A DNA stretch of 64,000 bases, taken from Craspedostauros australis (lineage: Eukaryota). Of the stretch, positions 23,901-32,442 are shown piece by piece. Each line of letters opens with the position of its first letter. The first letter of the stretch is position 1. The DNA lies in NCBI GenBank assembly GCA_030167865.1, contig JALAGF010004961.1:1-64000 (forward strand). Direction: 5' to 3'. The position numbers and the translations under genes are program-made. Below the pieces are notes generated by a model. It was not told the DNA's origin. It did no database searches and saw only the letters and a list, made by a program, of their open reading frames with translations.

Positions 23901-24645
23901 TGGTGACTTTCTCACGCCATGCCTGTTTAGCAAGGGTGCGGTTCTTCGGGACCAGAGAATCAGGAATGAAGCACGTCATGACCACGGAGAGGGACTTCCA
24001 GAATCGCGAGCCCGGTGGATTTTCTTCACGTACGTAATCGTCGATGGGGTCTGCGTACTGCTGCGTGGCACGTTGTGGAGGGCTTGCACTCGAAAGAGAG
24101 GACAGTGTGATTGAACTCGGAACTACCGACCGGTCGGGCTCCTGGAAACGTCGAGGCGGTGACAAGCGGGTTGACCGCATGAATCCATCGCCGCTAGGCA
24201 GGAACCCATCACCTTGCGCATCTCTGGGATGGCGGACCCGCATGGGATCTGCAAATCGTGACGGGCGAATTGGCAACGTAGGTATATGGATGCGAGGCAG
24301 GAACCCATCACCTTGCGCATCTCTGGGATGGCGGACCCGCATAGGATCTGCAAATCGTGACGGGCGAGTTGACAGCGTGGATTCATCGCCGCTAGGCAGG
24401 AACCCATCACCTTGCGCATCTCTGGGATGGCGGACCCGCATGGGATCTGCAAATCGTGACGGGCGAATTGGCAACGTAGGTATATGGATGCGAGGCAGGA
24501 ACCCATCGTCCTGTGGATCATCGATGACGCTGCGTGGCCATATCTCGTCAGTGGTGCGATCATAGACGATACTATCGGGAATGTTGGAGAGCGCTGGGTC
24601 GTCCAAGCCGCTGAGAGAAGTCGCACGCTGCCGAGACGAAGACAT
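20902..24645 (-). CDS. CHS: Chitin synthase CHS-C, 2 exons, ~1214 aa; open frame but degenerate at conserved motifs
   Basis: Exons 24645-23375 and 23275-20902; intron 23374-23276 (GTAAGT...CACAG, 99 nt). Retains QVFEY, EDR, QRRRW; altered HRGS, GRRGRRD, IREDRT, DDFWWGKTR. Start codon uncertain. Confidence 0.85.
24186..24507 (-). repeat. In-frame 99-bp tandem repeat (~3.3 units, A-B-A-B' order) inside CHS-C exon 1
   Basis: GGCAGGAACCCATC recurs at 24197, 24296, 24395 and 24494. Unit = RPSRFADPMRVRHPRDAQGDGFLP plus a 9-aa segment alternating RIHIPTLPI / SGDESTLST. Confidence 0.95.
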
Positions 24646-24932
24646 CAGCCCTTGTTGCGATAGCTGGTGCTCTTTCTGACTTGCTGTGTTGGCGATGTTT
24701 GAAGGATCGGATGAATGGCGGAGACTCCAGAGACAAGCCAAGTTGGAAGGCAGAGATCCTTGATTTATGGTGATGTCGATGCCAGAGTTGGAGGTTCCCC
24801 ATCACGAACAGCGTGTACGTATCATCGTTGGCTGTTCGCACACACTCATTCGAGCGTATCTTCGGGCGTACCTGCGAGCTAAGTTGCCCAAGGGGTCCGT
24901 GCGCAAACAGAAAGCAACCCATGTCAATAGTA

Positions 24933-24972
24933 TGGTCGCATGGTCACATAGTCGCATGGTCACATAGTCGCA
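24933..24972. repeat. 8-bp tandem repeat x5 (T[GA]GTC[GA]CA) upstream of CHS-C
   Basis: tggtcgca tggtcaca tagtcgca tggtcaca tagtcgca. Confidence 0.85.
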
Positions 24973-25681
24973 CTCTTCGTGATGCTTGTAGTTGTGGCAG
25001 ATGGCAGTCTGGCATCAAGTTCTTGTTCCTGGATTAGTGGGCGGAGACAAGGAACGGTGGAGGGAGAACCGCACCCCAGATGCTGAAAGGCATCACGATC
25101 TTTGGGCGACTTCGTGATCAGTCGAATGAATCAATGTTGCTTTCGTGCTTTCGCTCGCAAGTGTGGTCCCACACACGAGGGTTGCGACAGATGCTCATTC
25201 ATAGTACGGGTGCTGTGGTAATACGAACGTGCAAACTCTGGCTCTATCTTACACATGCTCGTTCTGGTATGGAAGCCATTAGCTGCAATAGTGGATGATG
25301 TAATGTGGAAAATTATTATTGAGTACAGTATTCGAAGATGTTGCATTGGCTCACAAACTTCATGTTGACGTATAGCTCGGCCACCAGAAGAGAACCAACG
25401 TGAACTCAATTATTTCTCTAAAGCAAGCGCTCCACTTCGACCATTTCGCAAGGTGGCATTCTATGACATACTAAATTGCCTTCGATCATCCATCCACTTG
25501 TTTCCCGTACATGCTCTCTCGTTGTCTTCGTCCGCGGATTGTTCAACTTGAATGAGCACAACCGTCATAAGCAAGATCGCCTCCGCTCCCCACTGCCTGT
25601 GCCAAGCCTTCTCACGCAACTTTACTTGTACGAAGAACATCACGGTCACCACCACCGTCGCTGTCGGCTTCAATGCTGCGG

Positions 25682-26545
25682 TCACTTGAAGATGATGGTG
25701 GTCAAGATACCGATTATCGAAACCACAAACAACCGCACGCCGAGCGACACAGAGGTCTCGACCAGAACACCGGCAGGATCCTCCTCGATATCCTCCTTGT
25801 ACAGATCCACACCCGGCCGCAGGATGAAGAACTCCACGAGCACGTAGGCCACGGCCGCCAGCGGCAGCTTGTCGAGCACGTTGTTGGTGGTCGCGACGCT
25901 CTTGACCGTGACGAGCCATGAGCCGAGATTGGTCTGAAGCACCATGGGCTGCGGCAGGATGCCCTTAGTCTCGGCGAATCCCGGCAGATGCGTCGCGCTG
26001 ATCGCGTTGAGCTGCTTGGCCCCGTCGATGACGTGGAATCCCTTCGTCACGGCCTTCTCGACGGCTTGCTGAAACTGCGGTGAGGCATCCGGGATCATGT
26101 CCTGCACCGATGAGGGGGGCGGCAGTCCCATGTCCGTCAACGCCTTCGTGGTCGGCACGATGGAATGGCCGTCGAGATGCGGATCGGGCGGACCGAAGAA
26201 GGGATTGGAATGGCCATGCGCTTTGCCGAGCTTCAGCAGGGAGGCGTACTCCTTCCGATCGAACGACGCCGCGGATGACGATGAGACGGCCCCCGCTATT
26301 TTGTCGATGGCACGCAGCGCGGTTTGCGACGATGCGCGCGTGCGTCTCACTGACTTGATCATCGGCAGATTGCCATTGCGAGAAAAGGATTGCGGTTGGA
26401 AGGCTGCTGCGGTTGGGACCGTCTGGATTGCTGCCAGCATCGTCGCGCACACGGCCATCACGGCAACTGCGCTCCTATCGATCGCTGCATGCCTTCGTGT
26501 CATCTTCTTCAGTCGTTCACAGTGATTCTCGAGTGCGTCTTCCAT
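25682..26545 (-). CDS. Hypothetical plastid-targeted membrane protein
   Basis: Signal-like AVAVMAVCATMLAAIQ followed by TAAA-FQP (ASAFAP-type cleavage) and an S/R-rich transit-like segment; two C-terminal hydrophobic helices. Start may be 26503 instead. Confidence 0.7.
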   Translation of the reverse strand: MEDALENHCERLKKMTRRHAAIDRSAVAVMAVCATMLAAIQTVPTAAAFQPQSFSRNGNLPMIKSVRRTRASSQTALRAIDKIAGAVSSSSAASFDRKEYASLLKLGKAHGHSNPFFGPPDPHLDGHSIVPTTKALTDMGLPPPSSVQDMIPDASPQFQQAVEKAVTKGFHVIDGAKQLNAISATHLPGFAETKGILPQPMVLQTNLGSWLVTVKSVATTNNVLDKLPLAAVAYVLVEFFILRPGVDLYKEDIEEDPAGVLVETSVSLGVRLFVVSIIGILTTIIFK

Positions 26546-27157
26546 CAGAGTGTTGCGTGTACTCGCGGTGCTTGGGTTCTGGAGATGGACGGTGCGAGCT
26601 GTCTGAACATGCCGATGGCCATCACCATTGTCGCTGCCATCACGATCGTGCTGTTCGTGTTCTTCTCTCGTTCTGATTTTCTTCGAATCGCGACACGTTT
26701 GTTCCTTCGCGTTGTCGTTCTCATGATGGGATGTGGTTCATTCCACGTGGAATAGACATGATTCGGACAACGCAATGTTGATCGTGTCAAAATGTCCGTG
26801 AGTGGTATTGGAGGTCAGACTGTACGCGTATTGTATCATTTAATGTTCGTCAACGGGATTGGCTTCTGTGTTTCGAACGATTCGATGTTGCCCACGCAGG
26901 CACGACTGCAGATCTTGTGTTCGCTTGTGCCCAAATCGAAATCGACTTCTCCGGATTCGTTGTGGTCACGCAACACCACCAACGTATCCAAGCCTCCCGT
27001 CGAGAGAGCCTTGGATCCATACCACCACCGTACCAACTCTGTCTTCTTGGTTCTCATAAATTGAAAGCAAACAACAGCAACAACAGCCTCGCAACAACAG
27101 ACTCACAACAACACACTCACAACAGACTCACAACTACAACAGCAACAGAAGAAGAAA

Positions 27158-27760
27158 ATGACAGACTCGAGCAGCACAATGTCCGCCAAGATCGCCTTCG
27201 GAGCAGGATGCTACTGGGGAACCGAGAAGTACTTCGTCAAGGACTTTCCCAAGATGATCGGCAAGGGAAGCAGCGCGGATGTGTACGTCCAGGAGGAGGT
27301 CAAGGTCGGCTTCATGTCGCCGGAGGGAGAGAAGGCCATGAAGAATCCTTCCTACCGACAGGTCTGCTCGGGAACCACGGGACACGTCGAGGTGCTCAAC
27401 GTGGAGCTCAAGGAACCGACCGAAGAGATGATGGAGCAGCTCATCCGCTTCTTCTTCATGTTCCACGACCCCACCACCATGAACCGCCAGGGCAACGACG
27501 CCGGCACGCAGTACGCGTCCGTCATCTTCGTCTCCGATGCGCAGCAGGAGGCCATCGCCAAGAAATGCATCGCGGAGCTGCAGCAGGCGATCGACGACAA
27601 GGTCGTCACGGCCTACACCTCGCCCAACGTCAGCACGGCCGTCGTGCCGTACTCCGACTTTTACGCCGCCCACGACGAGTATCAGGAGTACCTCATGAAC
27701 AACCCGACGGGCTACTGCAATCACCGATTCCGATTCAAGCAATGGCCGACGAAGGCCTGA
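27158..27760 (+). CDS. msrA: Peptide methionine sulfoxide reductase A
   Basis: FGAGCYWGTE, NPSYRQVCSGTTGHVEV, HDPTTMNRQGNDAGTQYAS, NPTGYC. Confidence 0.95.
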   Translation: MTDSSSTMSAKIAFGAGCYWGTEKYFVKDFPKMIGKGSSADVYVQEEVKVGFMSPEGEKAMKNPSYRQVCSGTTGHVEVLNVELKEPTEEMMEQLIRFFFMFHDPTTMNRQGNDAGTQYASVIFVSDAQQEAIAKKCIAELQQAIDDKVVTAYTSPNVSTAVVPYSDFYAAHDEYQEYLMNNPTGYCNHRFRFKQWPTKA

Positions 27761-28560
27761 ACGGTCGCGCGTTTGTGATCGTGCGGAGAAGCAACAGTCT
27801 TCAACGAACATTCGAACCATTGAGAATTTCATCTAACATGCGTCCCGAACAAAATGCATCCGGCAATGATTGCAACTTGATATGCCAACGCAGGCAGTAG
27901 CTATCCATGAGTTTGCGTCTGAGAGAACGCCGAATGGGAAGAAAAGGAAGCACACGTAAATCGACAAACTTAAACATTCACGTATTCTACCCAACTCTTC
28001 TTCTCTGAGGGCATCCACCTGGCCAATCCTTGCAACATCTTCTCCCTCCTTTGAATGGCATTATACGTACATGGAGCGTCGAAGGCGTCGTTGCGTGATC
28101 TCTCTGCTGCGAACTGTTGGCCAAACAATTCCTTCCCATGATTTCCAATGCCCACATTTTGACTGACCGTCGACAGTGTGGTTCTGAGGATGATGTCGGC
28201 ATCGGAAAGCGAACCCCAACCGAAGAACACGTTCTGTTTCTCCGCCTCTTCTCGATCCGTTCGCATTCGCAAACACTCTCAACTGTTCTCCTTTGTTCCT
28301 CTTTGTCGTCGATCCTCTCTTGTGGCAGTGTTTGTGGCGGTGTTGTTGCGTACAAGAGCAAGGCGAAAGGTGAAAGAGACCTCATCTGCCGTGGATTGAG
28401 CGGTAAGATGGAGGCGTGGGCATCGTGGAACGCAAAGCTCATAAATTGAGCAGTTTGAACACATTGAAGCAACACCACCACCTGTCAAGATCCATCAAGA
28501 TCCATCAGCAACCACAGATAATAGCAGCGGCACATAGTACAATAGCCAACCTAAGAAACC

Positions 28561-30144
28561 ATGCAGAACGGAACTGCTGCTGCTGCTCCCCGGGAACCTT
28601 CCGACCGCGTGCGGGTCTCCTTCGCGCACGCGGATGGCGAGACCAGCGCTGCCGGACCGCCCTTCGTGTTGGTCAAGTACTTCCTGGATCGGCAGGGCGG
28701 ATACGGCATCGACAACAGCAGCGCGCGGATTTGGAGGCAGCCACCGCCCAAGTGCACGGCCAGCGACGTGCGGGCCTTCTTGCGACAGCAGGGCATCCTG
28801 CCGCCATCTCGCAACGACGACAGTGGCAACAGCGACGGGAGCTCGCTGCCCCATGACATCCTGGCCGAGGTGTACTTGTCCGAATTCACATGCTACATGC
28901 TGCTGGACATGTGCGAATTGGAGGGCATCACATTCGATTTCAGCGCGACGTCGACGCAGAGTCCTGGCGTGCTCAACATCCGGCTGACGGATGTGGAAGT
29001 CAACACGCGGCCGGAGGTCGACGCGGCGGCCATGGCCATCGCCGAAGAGGAAGACTACTCCGGGACTACGTCCGAGAACAGCGAGGAACGGGCGCCGAGC
29101 GGAGCTGGTGCGACCAAGGCACGCAGATCCAAGACGGAGAGCACGTCCAAGCAAGGCGGCACGGTGGACAAGGAGACGATGCAAGGGATGGCGCAGGGAT
29201 TGAATGTTCCAGCAGCTGCGAGCACTGCCTTTCCGATGGCTTCCGGCACACCCCCAATCGTGCTTGCGTCGCCGTCGTGGTTCGGTTTGGCAGACGCGTC
29301 CCAGCAGACGACACCATCCACGTGCTCGGCGGTGCCCATCGGTCTGTACGCATTCTCCCTCACGGTGCTGATGGAGGTCATCGACCTGTACCAGAAACTC
29401 GCCGGCGGAGTCGATGAATCGTTCGTGCTGACGTGGGGACCGTACGCCTTCTGGATATCCGGATTCCTGCAGGTCCTGGTCGGCATCATGGAATGGACCC
29501 GCAACAACATCTACGGTGCCACCGCCTTTCTGGCATTCGGATGCTTCTGGCTTGCGAACGGCACGAAGATCATCCTCAAGAATTACTTCCCCGGTGAGAT
29601 CGCCCAGGACGTGCTGGAGGATGACGATCCGGTTGGCAACTTCCTGCGCAACCTGCACATCCTCGGCTTCGTCTGCGTGCTCTTCAAGGCGACGCTGACG
29701 ATGAACCGCCTCAGCACGACGTTGATCTCGCTGCTCATCGTCCTCCTCATCTTCACATCCGTGGCCCTGTGGGATGAGACATTGGAATGGATCCAGGCCA
29801 TCTCCGGAACCGTCGTGTCATTGTTTGCCTTCTACGTCTTCACGGCCGAGTTCCTGAACGAGGTGTACCACGACGAGCTGATGCCGCTGTATCCGTGGTC
29901 GACGGAGAGTCCGAAGGAAGCCTTCGGTGCTGCTGGACGTTCCACCAAGCTGGTATCCGCCAAGGCAACAGCGACTGCAGCAAGCGAACAGGCCACCGCC
30001 ACGGCCGCCATGGTGGTCGCATTGCGCAACGCTCACGCCGTCGGAGGCACCAAAGCCCCCGCCAGCAACAACAAGGACAACAGCAGCAACACGTCGCCAA
30101 GTGTGCACCAGCTGCGTGGCGTCCAGCCAGTCTCTGAAAAGTAG
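28561..30144 (+). CDS. GPR1/FUN34/YaaH (SatP/AceTr) family acetate/ammonium-type transporter with extra N-terminal domain
   Basis: AVPIGLYAFSLT, GFLQVLVGIMEWTRNNIYGATAFLAFGCFWL and ~6 TM helices ending FYVFTAEFLN; ~250 aa soluble N-terminal extension. Confidence 0.82.
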   Translation: MQNGTAAAAPREPSDRVRVSFAHADGETSAAGPPFVLVKYFLDRQGGYGIDNSSARIWRQPPPKCTASDVRAFLRQQGILPPSRNDDSGNSDGSSLPHDILAEVYLSEFTCYMLLDMCELEGITFDFSATSTQSPGVLNIRLTDVEVNTRPEVDAAAMAIAEEEDYSGTTSENSEERAPSGAGATKARRSKTESTSKQGGTVDKETMQGMAQGLNVPAAASTAFPMASGTPPIVLASPSWFGLADASQQTTPSTCSAVPIGLYAFSLTVLMEVIDLYQKLAGGVDESFVLTWGPYAFWISGFLQVLVGIMEWTRNNIYGATAFLAFGCFWLANGTKIILKNYFPGEIAQDVLEDDDPVGNFLRNLHILGFVCVLFKATLTMNRLSTTLISLLIVLLIFTSVALWDETLEWIQAISGTVVSLFAFYVFTAEFLNEVYHDELMPLYPWSTESPKEAFGAAGRSTKLVSAKATATAASEQATATAAMVVALRNAHAVGGTKAPASNNKDNSSNTSPSVHQLRGVQPVSEK

Positions 30145-30353
30145 GAGTAGCCAAGCGCAAAGCGATAGACGCCTGCTCAAGTCCACACCACGCTCTTGCA
30201 ACAACACAACACAGCACGATACGTAGGAGTAGAGTGTACAGTTTCATTTACTCTAGTATTAGTAATGGCATTGCTGTGGCTCCACCACACTTCGTTCCTT
30301 AAAATGAATACGCGATCGAGAACACGAGACTCCCGGTCAGTTGATACGCCGAT

Positions 30354-32393
30354 TTATGGCGAGACGACGACCGTCGGGCACTTGTTGGTGCCCCACAGAC
30401 ATGTCTCATGCTCTTCATTTTCGTACGGAATGCAAACGCGCGTGTTGATGTCCTGGCACGGACCGTCGGTGTTGTAGGTGCAGCCGGTGCATCGCACCTC
30501 GGTGATTGGACCGTTGCCTTCGCCAGGGCCGGGTTGCGATGGAGGTGTCCATGGATCGCCTCCGACCATGTCGGCACACAGGATGGTGCCGGGTGGGCAG
30601 TTGCCGTCGGAGTCCCAGAATGGCCAGCAGACAGTGTTGGAGGACTTGCAGGGACCGGCGGTGCCGTGGAAGCAGCCCGTGCACATTCCGGCTGCGTCTG
30701 TGGGTGTGCCTTGCGGCACGTCGATGACTTCATTGACGGGGTTGGAAGGTGCCACGACGTCGACGATGGTTTCTCCCACATCCTCGGTTGGTGCGCTGGT
30801 TGGTTCCGGATCAGGCAGGGTCGTGGGATGGCTGGTGGGCGATGCCTGAGGATCCTGTGGCGCGGGAGTGACCGCCACCACTTCCCCGGAATCCTTGATC
30901 CCGCAAAGCTTGGCACCGACGGTACTGGCGGCCTGACATTCGTCCGGGGTCTTGGCCCAGTTGACGCAGGATGGGTTCATGGCGAGGGAGTACTTGAGTC
31001 CGCACTGTCCGTCGCTGCAGCCCGAGCACAGGGCCTCCTCCGTGTACCACTTGCCGCGGGCTGGCTGCGCGGCGTTACCGGCACCCGTGAGGCTGTACTT
31101 GGTGGGGTTGTAGATGTGACGCAGGGCGCTGAGGGCCTTCTTGAAGTTGTTGAATCTGTCGCCTGGCTCGTGGACGTTGCCGGCGCCTTGGCAGAAGAGG
31201 GCGGGGCAGCCGCGGTTGACCAGTCCGGATGTCATGTCGACGAGATTGCGCGCCTCGGCGCTGCTGGGGTCGTCGAAGATCTTCACGGCGTTGAGGTTGA
31301 GGGACATCTCGAAGTCGTAGTTGGGGAACTTGGACTTGTTCTCGTATCCCTGCACGTCGAAGACCCAGTAGAACATGCCGGAGATCCACTTGAGTTCCGG
31401 TGGTCCGTCGCAGATGAGGTTGGGTGCTGTGCAGAGGTTGAGGTCTGGGTAGGACGCCTGGATGCTGGGGTCCTTGGATGGCTGGCCACCGTCGTAGCGC
31501 GTTCCCGTGAGGTAGTAGTTGAGCTTTCCGACGTTGCAGGGCCCGGTGGTCTGGATGACGCCGCGTCCCCACCAGCAGCAACCCTCTACGTCGTAGTGGA
31601 TCTTGCCTCCAGCGGTGTCGATGGCGTCGGTGTTGGCGCATCCCTTGGCGGAGTCGCAGCCGCCGTAGGTGAAGTATCCTGAGAACTGCCCCTCGTAGGC
31701 GTTGCACTCGTGCTTGTTGACGCCTTCGAAGACGGCCTCCTTGATGTAGTCCTCCGGGAATTCCGGGACGTCCGCGTAGCCGGCCGGGCCGCACTCGTTG
31801 TTGTAGGCCCAGCGCGGCAGCTTGTCGCCCGTCATGGAGCGTGGCGCGCAGAAGAGCGGCGGCGGGGCGCCACCCCAGGCAGCCATGGTCTTGGCCTGCA
31901 CGGCCATCTGCGGATCGACCGGGCACTCCATGTATGACTCCTGGGCGCTGCAGTGGTACTCCATGTAGTCCTGCTTCTCCTGACCGCAGGCGGCGGTGAT
32001 GGGGTAGTCGGGAACGCGCAGGTTGATGCTCCAGTTGTTCTCGTCGCAGGCGTTGTACTTGATGGTCTCCTTCATGGCCTGCGCCAGGAACATGGCGAGG
32101 TTGATGAGGGCGGCCTCCTCGGACTGGCCCACCAGCATCTTGCGCTGCGAGATGCCGCTGTTGATCATGAAGTCGTAGGCCTCCACGAGGTCGTTCCAGC
32201 GGTACTCGGTGGACTGCTCCACCTCTGTGGCCGTCTTCTGCGAGATCAGCACGTATTCGTTCATGATGGTCTCCGCGTAGCTCGTGCGGAAGGCGTCCAG
32301 CACGGCGGAGTTGATGTCACCGTTCACGGTGGCCAGTGTGGCCATGCTGAGGGCCATGGTGGCCATCCAGCTCACTGGTGCTGACAGTCTCAT
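30354..32393 (-). CDS. Secreted GH19-type chitinase with Pro/Thr linker and Cys-rich C-terminal repeats
   Basis: Signal peptide; FLAQAMKET (cf. GH19 FLAQxxHET catalytic Glu), ACDENNW, DVEGCCWWGRGVIQTTG.CN.G, W..GMFYW; P/T linker; two CTGC...GPC...VC...C..GT..C units. Confidence 0.85.
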   Translation of the reverse strand: MRLSAPVSWMATMALSMATLATVNGDINSAVLDAFRTSYAETIMNEYVLISQKTATEVEQSTEYRWNDLVEAYDFMINSGISQRKMLVGQSEEAALINLAMFLAQAMKETIKYNACDENNWSINLRVPDYPITAACGQEKQDYMEYHCSAQESYMECPVDPQMAVQAKTMAAWGGAPPPLFCAPRSMTGDKLPRWAYNNECGPAGYADVPEFPEDYIKEAVFEGVNKHECNAYEGQFSGYFTYGGCDSAKGCANTDAIDTAGGKIHYDVEGCCWWGRGVIQTTGPCNVGKLNYYLTGTRYDGGQPSKDPSIQASYPDLNLCTAPNLICDGPPELKWISGMFYWVFDVQGYENKSKFPNYDFEMSLNLNAVKIFDDPSSAEARNLVDMTSGLVNRGCPALFCQGAGNVHEPGDRFNNFKKALSALRHIYNPTKYSLTGAGNAAQPARGKWYTEEALCSGCSDGQCGLKYSLAMNPSCVNWAKTPDECQAASTVGAKLCGIKDSGEVVAVTPAPQDPQASPTSHPTTLPDPEPTSAPTEDVGETIVDVVAPSNPVNEVIDVPQGTPTDAAGMCTGCFHGTAGPCKSSNTVCWPFWDSDGNCPPGTILCADMVGGDPWTPPSQPGPGEGNGPITEVRCTGCTYNTDGPCQDINTRVCIPYENEEHETCLWGTNKCPTVVVSP

Positions 32394-32395
32394 GG

Positions 32396-32442
32396 TTGCC
32401 TAATGTCTATTGATTGCCTAATGTCTATTGATTGCCTATTGA
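32396..32442. repeat. 18-bp tandem repeat (2 copies plus a partial) directly before the chitinase ATG
   Basis: ttgcctaatgtctattga x2 followed by ttgcctattga. Confidence 0.9.

Noticed and set aside
24186-24507. Repeat-spacer pattern resembling a CRISPR array
   Set aside because: The constant part is 72 bp, the 'spacers' recur (A-B-A-B), the unit is a multiple of 3 inside a coding exon, there are no cas genes and the context is eukaryotic.
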